Notes: a model not told the origin generated them from the sequence alone. A stretch of DNA of 64,000 bases from Myxococcota bacterium (GCA_965250285.1 OZ252299.1:2784001-2848000); one strand, 5' to 3'; shown: positions 37,807 through 49,611, counted from the stretch's first letter. A program made the numbers and translations.

Positions 37807-38784
37807 ATGCTCGAACGACCCCGACGACTCCGTGCCTCGGCCGGCCTGCGCCGGATCGCGCGCGAAACCGTGCTGACGACGAGCGATCTGGTGCTGCCCG
37901 CATTCGTCTGCGAAGGCGAAGGCGTCTCGGATCCGATCGTGTCGATGCCCGGCCACGCCCGCCAGTCGATCGATCGCCTGCTCGAGACCGTCAAGACCGC
38001 CGCCGAGCTCGGGATCCCGGGCGTCGCGCTCTTTCCGGTCATCGACGATGGGCTCAAGGACTCGACGGGGACCGAGAGCACGAACCCCGAGGGCCTGCTG
38101 CCCCGCACGATTCGCGCGATCAAGGACGCCCACCCCGAGCTGCTCGTCATCACCGACGTGGCGCTCGACCCGTACTCGAGCGATGGACACGACGGCGTGG
38201 TACGCGACGGCGAGATCGTGAACGACGAGACCCTCCCCCTGCTCGCCGCCATGTCGGTGACGCAAGCCGATGCGGGCGCCGACATCGTCGCGCCGAGCGA
38301 CATGATGGACGGCCGCGTGCGCGTCATGCGCGAGGCCCTCGACGAGGCCGGGCATACCAACGTCGCGATCGGCAGCTACTGCGCGAAGTACGCCTCGGCC
38401 TTCTACGGCCCCTTCCGCGAGGCCCTCGACTCGGCGCCGCGGGGCGGCGACAAGAAGACGTACCAGATGGATCCGGCCAACGCGCGAGAGGCCCTGCGCG
38501 AGCTCGCCCTCGACGAGGCGGAAGGCGCCGACTGGGTCATGGTCAAGCCGGGCCTGCCCTACCTCGACGTGATCAGCCTGCTGCGCGACCACACGACCCT
38601 GCCCGTCGCCGCGTATCACGTGAGCGGCGAATACGCTCAGCTGAAAGCCGCCGCCGAGCGCGGCTGGATCGACTTCGACGCGGGCCTGCTCGAGAGCCTC
38701 ACGGCGCTCAAGCGCGCCGGCGCCGACGTGATCTTCACGTACGGGGCGATCGAAGCGGCTCGACTCCTGGCCGCCCAAGCCTGA
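37807..38784 (+). CDS. hemB: Porphobilinogen synthase (Asp-rich, non-Zn type)
   Basis: RPRRLR, DVALDPYSSDGHDG, PSDMMDGR, SAFYGPFR, MVKP, YHVSGEY; TATCGT 7 nt before ATG. Confidence 0.97.
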   Translation: MLERPRRLRASAGLRRIARETVLTTSDLVLPAFVCEGEGVSDPIVSMPGHARQSIDRLLETVKTAAELGIPGVALFPVIDDGLKDSTGTESTNPEGLLPRTIRAIKDAHPELLVITDVALDPYSSDGHDGVVRDGEIVNDETLPLLAAMSVTQADAGADIVAPSDMMDGRVRVMREALDEAGHTNVAIGSYCAKYASAFYGPFREALDSAPRGGDKKTYQMDPANAREALRELALDEAEGADWVMVKPGLPYLDVISLLRDHTTLPVAAYHVSGEYAQLKAAAERGWIDFDAGLLESLTALKRAGADVIFTYGAIEAARLLAAQA

Positions 38785-38830
38785 GACGCACCCGCGATTG
38801 AACTGACCTCTCGAATCGAACCTCAAACCA

Positions 38831-39439
38831 ATGACGGACCTGCGCCCAACCATGACCCGAACGCTCTCGACTGTCCTTCTCTCGTGCCTCGCCTTCTCGA
38901 TCGTCGCGCTGCCCGCAGCCGCCGAATGGTTCGACGACCCCGCGCCGCGCAAGGGCATCCCCTGGCGCCACAAGGCGGGCAAGCTCGGCGCGATGCTGAT
39001 CCTCACGGAGGACGAGAAGGCCTTCATCGAGGAGTGGCAGAACCCCAAGGATCGCGACAAGGGGCCCAACGTGCAGATTGCCGAGACCGCTCGCATCGGC
39101 GACACGGTGACCGCATTCGTCGTCTTCTCGGGCTGCGACCCGATGGAGGACATGCGCTGCCGCACCCTCGTCGACTTTCGGCTCGTCGGACCGAATGGCG
39201 AGATGCACGCCATTCACGACGAGGCGCCGCTGTGGCGACGCGAGCCCGCGCCGCCGGACGAGATGCTGATGGGGGAGGCCCGCGTGCGCACGAAATTCGG
39301 GCCCGATGATCCGCTCGGGGTCTACACCATGAAGGTGCGTGTCCGCGACATCGGATCGAAGACGACCGTGATCCTCTGGCGCGAGATCACGCTCGAGCCC
39401 GCCCTCGATCAGACGCCGGTGCCGGCCCCGGCCAATTGA
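38831..39439 (+). CDS. Hypothetical exported protein
   Basis: Signal peptide ending PAAA, codon use consistent with coding, TGATG overlap with marC; start 38831 or 38852. Confidence 0.65.
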   Translation: MTDLRPTMTRTLSTVLLSCLAFSIVALPAAAEWFDDPAPRKGIPWRHKAGKLGAMLILTEDEKAFIEEWQNPKDRDKGPNVQIAETARIGDTVTAFVVFSGCDPMEDMRCRTLVDFRLVGPNGEMHAIHDEAPLWRREPAPPDEMLMGEARVRTKFGPDDPLGVYTMKVRVRDIGSKTTVILWREITLEPALDQTPVPAPAN

Positions 39440-40056
39440 TGGGCGACTGGGTCGGTCCCTTCCTCTTTCTGCTCACGACGATCGACCCGATTGGCACCCT
39501 CACGCTCTTCGTCGGGCTGACCTCGCACGCGACCCCCGCCGAACGACGGCGCATTGCCCTGCGCGCCACGTTCTACAGCGCGATCGTGCTCGTCGGCTTC
39601 ATTCTCGTCGGGCAGATCGTGCTCGGCGAGCTCGGCGTGCGGCTCGAAGCGTTCCAGCTGGCGGGCGGCCTCATCTTCTTCTTGTTCGGCGTCCAGATGG
39701 TGTTCGGCATCGGGGCCGCCGGCATCCAGGCATCGGGCGAGGCTGGCCACGACGTCGCGGTCTTTCCGATCGCGGTGCCTTCCATCGCGAGCCCCGGCTC
39801 GATCCTCGCCGTCGTGCTGCTGACCGACAACCGCGAGTTCACGATCGCGCAGCAGGCGACCACCACGATGCTGCTCGCCGTCGTGCTCGCCATTACGTAC
39901 GCCGGGATGCTGCTCGGCAACCGGGTCTATGGCCTGATCGGCAACGCCGGTGCGAGCCTGCTCGTCCGCGTGATGGGCCTGCTGCTCACGAGCCTGGCCG
40001 TCGAGATGGTGCTCGAGGCCGTGGCCGAGCTGATGGGCAACGTCGGCACCGGCTGA
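39439..40056 (+). CDS. MarC family membrane protein
   Basis: DPIG, AFQLAGG, AVFPIAVPSIASPGSI, RVMGLLL. Confidence 0.9.
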   Translation: MGDWVGPFLFLLTTIDPIGTLTLFVGLTSHATPAERRRIALRATFYSAIVLVGFILVGQIVLGELGVRLEAFQLAGGLIFFLFGVQMVFGIGAAGIQASGEAGHDVAVFPIAVPSIASPGSILAVVLLTDNREFTIAQQATTTMLLAVVLAITYAGMLLGNRVYGLIGNAGASLLVRVMGLLLTSLAVEMVLEAVAELMGNVGTG

Positions 40057-40065
40057 GCCGGGCGC

Positions 40066-41565
40066 TCAATTCGCCGCGTCGCCGTCCCCCGCGTCGAGGC
40101 GCACGCGCCAATCCACGCGATCGGGTCGGTCCATGATCACGATCCCGCGCGCCAGGAGCGCATCGCGGATCTCGTCGGCCCGCGCCCAGTCCTTCTCTTC
40201 CCGGGCGCGGCTGCGCGCGTCGAGCTCGGCGTCGACCTCGTCGGCCGTGATGCCGAGATGCTGGAGCCGCTTGGCCTTCACCTCGGACTGGAAGTCGTCG
40301 CTCGACATCGTCATCAAGTTGATCGCGTCGCCGACCAGCCCGAAGGCCTCGAGCGCGGGGGCCACGACCGGACCACCGCGTTTCTTCGCCTTCTTGTGGT
40401 TGCCGAAGCGATTCACCGCGCGGGCGAGCTCGAAGAGCTGCCCGAGCGCCTTGGCCGTGTTGAAGTCGGCATCCATCGCCTCGTGGAAGCGCGCCTCGAA
40501 GCCGCGACCGAGCTCGAGGACGGTCTGCGCGTCCTTGCCGAGATCCCCCGCCACACGTTCGGCGTCTTCTTCGCCCTTCATCTCTTCGGCGACCTCGCGC
40601 GCCTCGTAGAGGCGGGCGAGCATGGCGAGCGCATCGACGAGGGCGCCCTCCCCCCACGGCAGCGGCGACCTGTAGTGGTTCTGCAGGTAGTAGAGCCGCA
40701 GCGCCTCGGCGGGGAAGTCGGCGAGCGCGTCGCCGACGTTGATCACGTTGCCGAGGCTCTTGCCCATCTTCTGACCGCCCGACATCGTGAGCAGACCGTT
40801 GTGCATCCAGTAGCGGGCGTAGGTCGCATCGTGCGCCGTCTCGCTCTGGGCCACCTCGTTCTCGTGATGCGGAAAGACCAGATCGAGCCCCCCGCCGTGA
40901 ATGTCGATCGTCTCGCCCAGGCAGTCGCGCGCCATCGTCGAGCACTCGATGTGCCAGCCGGGTCGGCCCGGCCCCCACTCGCTCTCCCACGCCGGCTCAC
41001 CGGGCTTCGACGCCTTCCACAGCGCGAAGTCGGCGGGGTGTCGCTTGCCCGACTCGGGATCGGCGCTGCGCAGCTCGTCGACCTTCTGGCCCGACAGCTT
41101 GCCGTAGGCGGGGTCGCTCTCGACCGAGAACCAGACGCTGCCCTCGGCGGCATACGCGTGCCCCTTCTCGACGAGGCCGGCGATCATCCCGACGATGGCG
41201 TCGATGCACTCGGTCACCCGGGGCTCGTCGTCGGGTCGCATCAGGCCGAGCAGCTCGGTCTCGTCGTGGAACGCGTCGATGAAGCGCTGCGCGAGCGCCT
41301 CGGGCGCCTCTCCGTTCTCGGCCGCGCGCGCAATGATCTTGTCGTCGACGTCGGTGAAGTTTCGGACGAAGCGCACCTGCCACCCGCGGTGGCGCAGGTA
41401 ACGCACGAACGTGTCGAACACGACCATCGCGCGCGCATGCCCGATGTGCGCGTGGTCGTAGACCGTCATGCCGCAGACGTAGAGCCCCACCCGGCCCTGT
41501 TCGATGGGCTCGAAATCCTCGACCTTGCGGGTGAGGGTGTTGTAGATGCGAAAGGGAGCCGCCAT
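40066..41565 (-). CDS. cysS: Cysteine--tRNA ligase
   Basis: YVCGMTVYD.AHIGH, GRPGWHIECS, DIHGGG.DL.FPHHENE, KMGKS. Confidence 0.98.
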   Translation of the reverse strand: MAAPFRIYNTLTRKVEDFEPIEQGRVGLYVCGMTVYDHAHIGHARAMVVFDTFVRYLRHRGWQVRFVRNFTDVDDKIIARAAENGEAPEALAQRFIDAFHDETELLGLMRPDDEPRVTECIDAIVGMIAGLVEKGHAYAAEGSVWFSVESDPAYGKLSGQKVDELRSADPESGKRHPADFALWKASKPGEPAWESEWGPGRPGWHIECSTMARDCLGETIDIHGGGLDLVFPHHENEVAQSETAHDATYARYWMHNGLLTMSGGQKMGKSLGNVINVGDALADFPAEALRLYYLQNHYRSPLPWGEGALVDALAMLARLYEAREVAEEMKGEEDAERVAGDLGKDAQTVLELGRGFEARFHEAMDADFNTAKALGQLFELARAVNRFGNHKKAKKRGGPVVAPALEAFGLVGDAINLMTMSSDDFQSEVKAKRLQHLGITADEVDAELDARSRAREEKDWARADEIRDALLARGIVIMDRPDRVDWRVRLDAGDGDAAN

Positions 41566-41638
41566 CGAATTCGCGGGAAGGTACCCTGCGCGAGCCGACT
41601 CGCCGGCCCGCGCTCGATTGTCGTCTGGTCACCGAACG

Positions 41639-43660
41639 TCAGCTACGCCCGATGGTCTCCTGAACGGTCTTGCAGACGGCATCGGCGGTGAAGCCGAAGT
41701 GGTCTGCCAACGCCTTCGCCGGCGCCGAGGCCCCGAAGCGATTCATCCCGTGGATCGCACCGCGGCGCCCGACCCAGCGCCCGAAGGCCTGGCCGCGACC
41801 CGCCTCGACAGCGACCACCGGGACGTCTTCGGGCACGACGTCGGCCTGCACCGAGGCCGGCTGCTCGGCGAAGATCTCGGTACACGGCGCGCTGACGACG
41901 CGCGCCGCGATGCCCGACGCCGTCAGCTGCTCAGCGGCCGCGAGACACAGCGAGACCTCGCTCCCCGACGCCATCAGCACGACGTCGGGCGCACCCTCGA
42001 CATCGCGCACGACGTAGGCGCCCTGGGCGATGTCGGCGGGCTCGAGCGCGCGGGCCCGGTCGATCACCGGCAGCCCCTGGCGCGTGAGCGAGAGCGCGGC
42101 CGGGCCGGCGCTCTGCAGGATCTCGGCGTACGCGAGCGCCGTCTCGGGGCCATCGGCCGGCCGCCACGTGCGTAGCCCGGGGATCAGCCGCAGCGAATCG
42201 ACCTGCTCGATCGGCTGGTGCGTCGGCCCGTCTTCGCCCACGAAGATCGAGTCGTGCGTGAAGACGAAGAGCGTCGGGATCTTCATGAGCGCGGCGAGCC
42301 GGATCGCCGGCCGGACGTAATCGCTGAAGATCAGGAAGGTGCCGCAGTAGGGCAGGAACGTGCCGTCGAGGGCCATGCCGTTGGCGATCGCGCCCATCGC
42401 ATGCTCGCGAATGCCGAAGTGGATGTTGCGACCGCGGAAGTCGCCGGGCGCCACGATGCCGACGTCCTTGATGATCGGCGGCGCCGCGCTGCCCGCGAGG
42501 TCAGCCGAGCCTCCGGCCATGTAGGGCACCAGGGTCGAGAGCTTCTGCAGCACCGCGCCCGAGTGCTGGCGCGTCGCCTTCTCGATGGCCATGCCTTCGC
42601 TCAGCTGGGCCGCGAGGTCGGCCGGCATGGCGCGCCCGCGCGCCGCATCCCAGGCCGCCCCGGCATCGGCGTTCGCCCCACGCCACTCGGTGTGGACCGA
42701 GTCGCGGGCCTCTCGCTCGCCGCGCTTCTCGGCGCGACGCGCGACGAGGTAGGCCTCGACGTCGGACGGCACGAGAAAAGTCGGCTCGTGGGGCCAGCCG
42801 GCTGCGTCCTTCGCGTTCGCGATGAAGCCGTCGTCGGTCAGCCCGGCGCCGTGCGCCTTCGGCGTGTCGATGATGTCGGGGCTGCCCTGCCCGATCTTCG
42901 TCTTCAGCACGATCAGCGTCGGGCGCGCCGTCTCGGCTCGGCCCGAGGCGAGCGCCTCGGCCAGACCGGCCGGATCCTGCCCCTCGATCGGGCCGAGCAC
43001 CTGCCAGCCCTGCGCTTCGAAGCGGGTCGGCACGTCGTCGCTGAAGGCGACCTCGGTGCGTCCGTCGATCGTGATCTCATTGTCGTCGTAGATGTAGATC
43101 AGGTTGCCGAGCCCGAGGTGGCCGGCGAACGAGGCGGCCTCGTACGAGATGCCCTCCATGAGATCGCCGTCGGACACGAAGCCGTAGACGAAGTGATCCC
43201 CCGGCACGCCGTCGCCCGACGCGTCGCCGCCGAACTGAGCGCGCGTCATGCGGCCCGCGAGCGCCATGCCGACGCCATGGGCGAAGCCCTGACCGAGGGG
43301 GCCGGTCGTGAGTTCGACGCCCGGCGTGTCGCCGTACTCGGGATGCCCCGGGGTCGCGGCGCCAAGCTGCCGGAAATCCTTGATGTCTTCGATCGAGACG
43401 TCGTAGCCGAAGAGGTGCAGCATCGCGTACTGCAGCATCGACGCGTGGCCGTTCGAGAGCACGAAGCGGTCGCGCAGAGGCCACTCGGGGTCGGTCGGAT
43501 CGAACCGGAGATGGTGGTCGAAGAGCTCGAGGGCCGCCGCAGCGAGCGACATGGGCGCGCCCACGTGGCCGCTGTTGGCCTTCTTGATCGCATCGACGGC
43601 CAGGAAGCGGATCGTGTGCTCGATCTGCTGCCGAAGCTCAGGGGGGCACTCGGTGGACAT
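41639..43660 (-). CDS. tkt: Transketolase
   Basis: SGHVG, RDRFVLSNGH, GHPE, GPLGQG, DGDLMEG, GEDGPTHQP; start moved to MSTEC (43660). Confidence 0.97.
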   Translation of the reverse strand: MSTECPPELRQQIEHTIRFLAVDAIKKANSGHVGAPMSLAAAALELFDHHLRFDPTDPEWPLRDRFVLSNGHASMLQYAMLHLFGYDVSIEDIKDFRQLGAATPGHPEYGDTPGVELTTGPLGQGFAHGVGMALAGRMTRAQFGGDASGDGVPGDHFVYGFVSDGDLMEGISYEAASFAGHLGLGNLIYIYDDNEITIDGRTEVAFSDDVPTRFEAQGWQVLGPIEGQDPAGLAEALASGRAETARPTLIVLKTKIGQGSPDIIDTPKAHGAGLTDDGFIANAKDAAGWPHEPTFLVPSDVEAYLVARRAEKRGEREARDSVHTEWRGANADAGAAWDAARGRAMPADLAAQLSEGMAIEKATRQHSGAVLQKLSTLVPYMAGGSADLAGSAAPPIIKDVGIVAPGDFRGRNIHFGIREHAMGAIANGMALDGTFLPYCGTFLIFSDYVRPAIRLAALMKIPTLFVFTHDSIFVGEDGPTHQPIEQVDSLRLIPGLRTWRPADGPETALAYAEILQSAGPAALSLTRQGLPVIDRARALEPADIAQGAYVVRDVEGAPDVVLMASGSEVSLCLAAAEQLTASGIAARVVSAPCTEIFAEQPASVQADVVPEDVPVVAVEAGRGQAFGRWVGRRGAIHGMNRFGASAPAKALADHFGFTADAVCKTVQETIGRS

Positions 43661-44027
43661 CCACGTCTCCGTCGGGTTCGAGCCGGTTGTGGCGTGCGTC
43701 CGCGCGGACCGCCCCGCCGGCGCCTGGGGGAGCGCGGGGGCACGACGGGCCTGTCGGACATCGAAGCGCCAAGAGTAACGGCGAACGCCCCGACGCGGAA
43801 GCGCAAGCGCGCGACACAGCACAATCAGCGTCGACCAAAGCGAGATGCCGGCGCCCCGGCGAAGGACGAGGGGCCGAAGGGCAGCGCGACCGCGTTCGGC
43901 GACACGGGCTGCCCCGCACCCCCGAGGATGGAGCGCCGACGCGACCCGACTGCGCACGCGGCAGCGCGACCCGGAAACTAGTCAATCAAAAATCAAGATC
44001 AGGGAGCGGGCGCGCAGGTGCGCTGCG

Positions 44028-44102
44028 TGGTCGGGGTGGTGGGATTCGAACCCACGACGCTGAACCCCCAAAGTTCAGGCTCTACCACTGAGCTACACCC
44101 CG
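44028..44102 (-). tRNA. tRNA-Pro(UGG)
   Basis: CGGGGTG-TA-GCTC AGTGGTA GAGC-C-TGAAC TTTGGGG GTTCA-GCGTC-GTGGG TTCGAAT CCCAC-CACCCCG-A-CCA; 75 nt, C1:G72, A73, encoded CCA. Confidence 0.95.
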
Positions 44103-44157
44103 ACGGTGCGCGCAACCGGCGCGACCAAGGCTACACCAGCCGCGCCGGGCCCCGGCC

Positions 44158-44829
44158 TCAGCCGGCGCGGCGCTGCTCGGCGACGCCGCCGAGCCAGCCC
44201 ACCATGTCCCGCAGACTGTGCGGATTGATCTCGTGCCCCATCGGGTACTCGGCATGAGCGACCGACACGCCCAGCCCCTGCAGTCGCTCGATCGACTCGC
44301 GCGCGCGATCGACCGGGATCATCTGATCCTGTTCGCCGTGGATCACCAGCGTCGGCAACGCCTCGAGCTCGGGCCCCCGCTCGGCGCGCTGCACCAGCTC
44401 GGCCGGGAGCCAGGTCGAGAGCGCGATCAACGCCGCGAATTCGCCCGGACTGCGCAGCACCAGGTCGTACGCCATGACCCCGCCCTGGCTGAAGCCGAGC
44501 ACGTAGATCTCGTTCGGATCGACGGGGTACGCCGCCTTGGCGGCGTCGATGAAGCTGCGCAGCTCGAAGCTCGCCGCGACCATGGCGGACGGATCGGGGG
44601 GCCCGCCGCCCGTGATCGGAAACCACCCGTAGCCGCCGGGCCCGGGCTGACCGGGCGGCATCGGCACCTGCACGGGGCCCTGGGGACAGATGACGAGCGC
44701 CTCGCCGCCCAGCAGGTGCGGCGAGAGACCGAAGAGATCGTGCGCGTTCGCGCCCCAGCCATGCAGAGCGAAGATCGTGGGATGCGGACCCTTGCCCGCG
44801 GGGTGCTGCACCGTGTGAAAGAGATCCAT
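44158..44829 (-). CDS. Phospholipase/carboxylesterase (alpha/beta hydrolase)
   Basis: LHGWGAN, GFSQGG, HGEQD, MGHEI; TACGTT 8 nt before ATG 44829. Confidence 0.9.
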   Translation of the reverse strand: MDLFHTVQHPAGKGPHPTIFALHGWGANAHDLFGLSPHLLGGEALVICPQGPVQVPMPPGQPGPGGYGWFPITGGGPPDPSAMVAASFELRSFIDAAKAAYPVDPNEIYVLGFSQGGVMAYDLVLRSPGEFAALIALSTWLPAELVQRAERGPELEALPTLVIHGEQDQMIPVDRARESIERLQGLGVSVAHAEYPMGHEINPHSLRDMVGWLGGVAEQRRAG

Positions 44830-45191
44830 GGGGCGGCAACGTAGACCATGCAGCGACCCGTGTGGCGCGCGAAGGGGCCGGGTGCCCGCGCGCACACGCC
44901 CGGGCCGGACGAGGCGCGAAGCCGACGCCATCCGTGCTATCCACCGGGGGCTCGGAGAGCAGGACCGGGCGCTTCGCCGGCGCGCTTTCGGCTCGAGGCG
45001 AACCCAGGTGGCTCACCGCCGTATCTAACCGGAATCGAATGGTTTCCGATCTCGTGGACGGGCTGGCTTCGGCCCCTTCGCTTGACACGGCGGCAGCGGG
45101 CCGACCATTCGGAAGCTCTCGAGCGCAGACCCCCGGGCCCTGCGCCCGACCACGCCCCGCCCCGAGCGGCGGGCTCTGAAGTGAGATCGCC

Positions 45192-46595
<1,404 letters not shown>

Positions 46596-46597
46596 CC

Positions 46598-47197
46598 ATG
46601 TCAGAGCTCACGAAGATCCACCGCGTCGAAGGCCGTGCCACTGTCGTGCGAGGCGACGACATCGACACCGATCGAATCATCCCCGCCCGGTACATGAAGG
46701 TGACGACCTTCGACTCGATGGGCGAGCACCTGTTCAAGGACGCACGCCTGCAGGCGAAGGGCGATCACCCGCTCGACGACGAGCGCTTCGCCGGCTCGAA
46801 CATCTTGATCTCGGGCCAGAATTTCGGCTGCGGATCGTCGCGCGAGCACGCACCCCAGGCGCTGATGCGCTTCGGGTTCGAGGCGTTCATCGCAGGCTCG
46901 TTCGCCGAGATCTTCGCCGGCAACTGCGTCGCGCTCGGTCTCGTGTGCGTGACGCTCGGGCCCGACGAGCTGGCGATCCTCTCCGACTCGGTCGAGCTCG
47001 AGCCGGCGCAGAAGATCACGATCGAGGTCGAGACGGGTCGCATCACGTACGCCCACGGCGAAATGCAGGGTGACATCCCGCACGGGCCGCGCACGCAGCT
47101 GCTCGAAGGCACCTGGGACGCCACGCGCGTGCTGCTCGCGGCGGGCGATGAGATCGAGTCGACGGCCGCCGGCCTCGCCTACGTCAACGGCTACTGA
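46598..47197 (+). CDS. leuD: 3-isopropylmalate dehydratase small subunit
   Basis: DIDTDRIIP, NFGCGSSREHAP, SFAEIF; 2 nt after leuC. Confidence 0.97.
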   Translation: MSELTKIHRVEGRATVVRGDDIDTDRIIPARYMKVTTFDSMGEHLFKDARLQAKGDHPLDDERFAGSNILISGQNFGCGSSREHAPQALMRFGFEAFIAGSFAEIFAGNCVALGLVCVTLGPDELAILSDSVELEPAQKITIEVETGRITYAHGEMQGDIPHGPRTQLLEGTWDATRVLLAAGDEIESTAAGLAYVNGY

Positions 47198-47198
47198 G

Positions 47199-47223
47199 CC
47201 AGCGAGCCACGGCTTCTCGCTGG
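47199..47223. terminator. Hairpin between convergent leuD and DUF2889 genes
   Basis: CCAGCGAG-N9-CTCGCTGG right after the leuD stop; no U-tract. Confidence 0.4.
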
Positions 47224-47257
47224 GGGATCGGCGCGTGACCGCGCACCCGGCCCTCGG

Positions 47258-48340
47258 CTAGAGCGTCGGGCTCTTGCGGCCGCTCGCGGCCTCGGCCTGC
47301 TGGCGGCGCTTCGTGAGTGCGCCGCCCGAGCGCCACATCCAGCAGCTGTCGATCATGCCGCCCATCATCTCGACGTCGCCTGTCTTGGCGCCGCCGGTCT
47401 TCTCGCCGCTCGGCGACTTGGGCTGCACGTAGAAGCGTTCGCTGATCGCGGCGAGCACCTGGATGAAGCCGGGCGCGAGCTGCAGCAGAAGATCGCGCAG
47501 CTCGAGGCGGCCCGAGTCGTCGCCGAACGTCGTCAGCACCCGCTTCGCCATGCCCGGCATGATCGGGGCCCCTTCGAAGCCCTCGAGCTCGGGCAACCGG
47601 TCGTGCCACGGCGCCGATCGCAGGGTCTCGCTGTCGCGATCTCGCTCGGCGACGCGCAGGTCGCGAAGCCGCCGCGTCCCCGACTCGACGGTCACCTGAA
47701 TCCGCACGTCGTGCTGGTGGGCCACGCGCGCGATCGGGCTGAGCCCCGCGCTGTTCGGCTTGGTGTAGAAGTCGCCGAGCTGCGCGACGAGCTGAATGCC
47801 GCCCTCGTCGGGCGCTTCGTAGCCGTCGACGAACGCACCGCGCCGAAACGGTCGCTCGCCCACGTCGCGGGTCGCGCCGTCTTCGGCGCGCGCCCTCTCT
47901 TCCCAGTCGAGCGCCGCCGGCAGCGCGTCGGCCATCATCTGAAAGAGCGTGAGCAGGTGCGAGCAGCCGAGCGCCCCGCCGAAGTGCGCCGAGAGCCGCT
48001 TGTGAAAGCCATCGTCGAGGGTCTCGCCCGAGAGCGCGACGAGCTTCGGGCCCGGGTCGCGGCAGCACTCGCCACCGGTGAGCGCAGACGGCTCGACCGC
48101 CACGTGGGGCTGCTCGACGCGGATGTCATGGATCACACGCGTCTCGGGGTCGAGCACGCCGAGGATCGCCATCTGGTGGATGATGCCGGCCGGCTGGATG
48201 TCGTCGATCATCGGCACGAAGCTGCACTTGCGCAGATCGTTGACGTCGCCTCGAAAGCGCCAGCGGCCGTCGTCGAGCACCTCGGTCTCGATCGTCAGCG
48301 CGCGCGTGTGCAGGGGATGACCGCTCGCCTCGAGCTGCAT
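47258..48340 (-). CDS. DUF2889-like protein (two repeats)
   Basis: LHTR, IHQM, C...P, GALGCSHL; second half with HDV and a C-terminal SC..W; start MQLEASG (48340). Confidence 0.7.
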   Translation of the reverse strand: MQLEASGHPLHTRALTIETEVLDDGRWRFRGDVNDLRKCSFVPMIDDIQPAGIIHQMAILGVLDPETRVIHDIRVEQPHVAVEPSALTGGECCRDPGPKLVALSGETLDDGFHKRLSAHFGGALGCSHLLTLFQMMADALPAALDWEERARAEDGATRDVGERPFRRGAFVDGYEAPDEGGIQLVAQLGDFYTKPNSAGLSPIARVAHQHDVRIQVTVESGTRRLRDLRVAERDRDSETLRSAPWHDRLPELEGFEGAPIMPGMAKRVLTTFGDDSGRLELRDLLLQLAPGFIQVLAAISERFYVQPKSPSGEKTGGAKTGDVEMMGGMIDSCWMWRSGGALTKRRQQAEAASGRKSPTL

Positions 48341-48399
48341 CGTCGTCTCTCGTCCTTCTTCCTCACGGCGACCGCGATCGCCGGCTGACGGATCGGCGG

Positions 48400-48828
48400 T
48401 CAGACCCGCTCGCGTTCGGCCTGAGCGATCGTGTCGGTGATCATGAAGGTGCCCGACGAGCGCGCGAGCTCGTTGCCCTCGTCGTCGACGATCACGCCCT
48501 CGGCGTAGGCGGTGCGCCTCGTGGTGCGGGGCACGGTCGCCCGGGCAACGATGCGCCCGCTCTGCACCGGCCTGAAGTAGTTGATCTTGGCCTCGAGCGT
48601 CGCGCAGCCCTTGCCCTCGGGCAGCTTCGAGATGACCGCGCGCCCCATCACCGTATCGAGCATCGTGAAGAGCACGCCACCGTGGGCGCGGCCCGCCATC
48701 GACTGGTGCAGGTCGCCGATCTCGAGCGCCATCTCGCACACGCCCTCGCTCATCGACAGCGTCTCGCAGCCGAGGCGCTGCGTGAAGTCGCCGTTGTCGA
48801 TCGGGATGTCGGCTCGAATGTCTGCCAC
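48400..48828 (-). CDS. PaaI-family hotdog thioesterase
   Basis: AHGGVLFTMLD, TLEAKINYFRP. Confidence 0.88.
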   Translation of the reverse strand: MADIRADIPIDNGDFTQRLGCETLSMSEGVCEMALEIGDLHQSMAGRAHGGVLFTMLDTVMGRAVISKLPEGKGCATLEAKINYFRPVQSGRIVARATVPRTTRRTAYAEGVIVDDEGNELARSSGTFMITDTIAQAERERV

Positions 48829-48834
48829 GCTCGC

Positions 48835-49611
48835 TCAGCGCCCCTCGAACTTCGGATCGCGCTTCTCGAGGAAGGCCGCCATGCCCTCGGTGCGATCGTC
48901 GGTCGCAAAGACGAGGCCGAACGCGTTCTGCTCGAGCGCGTTGGCCATCGCGAGGTCGGCATCCTGGCCCTGCTGCATCACGCGCTTGGCGAGCGAGATC
49001 GCCACCGGGCCCTTCTTCGCGATCGTCTCGCCCATCGCGACCGCCGCCGGCATGAGCTCGTCGGGCTCGAAGACCCGGTTGGCGAGGCCGATGCGCAGCG
49101 CCTCATCGGCCTTGATCGGCTCGCCGCCGAGGATCAGCTCCTTCGCCCAGGCGACGCCGACGCGACGCACCAGCCGGCTCGTCCCGCCGAACCCGGGCAA
49201 CAGACCGAGGTTGACCTCGGGCTGACCGAAGCGCGCCTTGCTCGACGCGTAGATGAAGTCGCACGCCAGCGCGAGCTCGCAGCCGCCGCCGAGGGCGAAG
49301 CCGTTCACCGCGGCGATCGTCGGCACGGGCAGCGCCTCGAGCGCGGCAAACGTCTCGTGGCCGAGCCGGCCGAAGGCCTCGCCTTCGAGCGGGGTCAGCG
49401 CGCTCATCTGCTCGATGTCGGCGCCCGCCGCAAACGCCCGTCCGGCGCCGGTCACGACGACGGCGCGCACCGTCGCGTCGCCGCTCAGCGTGGCGACCGC
49501 GTCGCGCAGCGCCTCGAGGGTCGCGCGATCGAGGGCGTTCAAGACATCGGGGCGGTCGAGGGTCAGCACGGCCAGGGGGCCTTGCCGCTCATGGCTCACG
49601 GGGCTGCTCAC
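48835..49611 (-). CDS. Enoyl-CoA hydratase (crotonase, both catalytic Glu present)
   Basis: LNAL, FAAGAD, GGGCEL, PEVNLG; GTG start after AAGGA. Confidence 0.92.
   Translation of the reverse strand: MSSPVSHERQGPLAVLTLDRPDVLNALDRATLEALRDAVATLSGDATVRAVVVTGAGRAFAAGADIEQMSALTPLEGEAFGRLGHETFAALEALPVPTIAAVNGFALGGGCELALACDFIYASSKARFGQPEVNLGLLPGFGGTSRLVRRVGVAWAKELILGGEPIKADEALRIGLANRVFEPDELMPAAVAMGETIAKKGPVAISLAKRVMQQGQDADLAMANALEQNAFGLVFATDDRTEGMAAFLEKRDPKFEGR

Noticed and set aside
43960..44110. tRNA-Pro as an island integration site
   Set aside because: No integrase and no duplicated tRNA 3' end seen in the window; the flanks are housekeeping genes.
44930..45191. Leucine attenuator or leader peptide before leuC
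   Set aside because: The only short ORF (ATG near 45039) has no Leu run and there is no U-tailed terminator.
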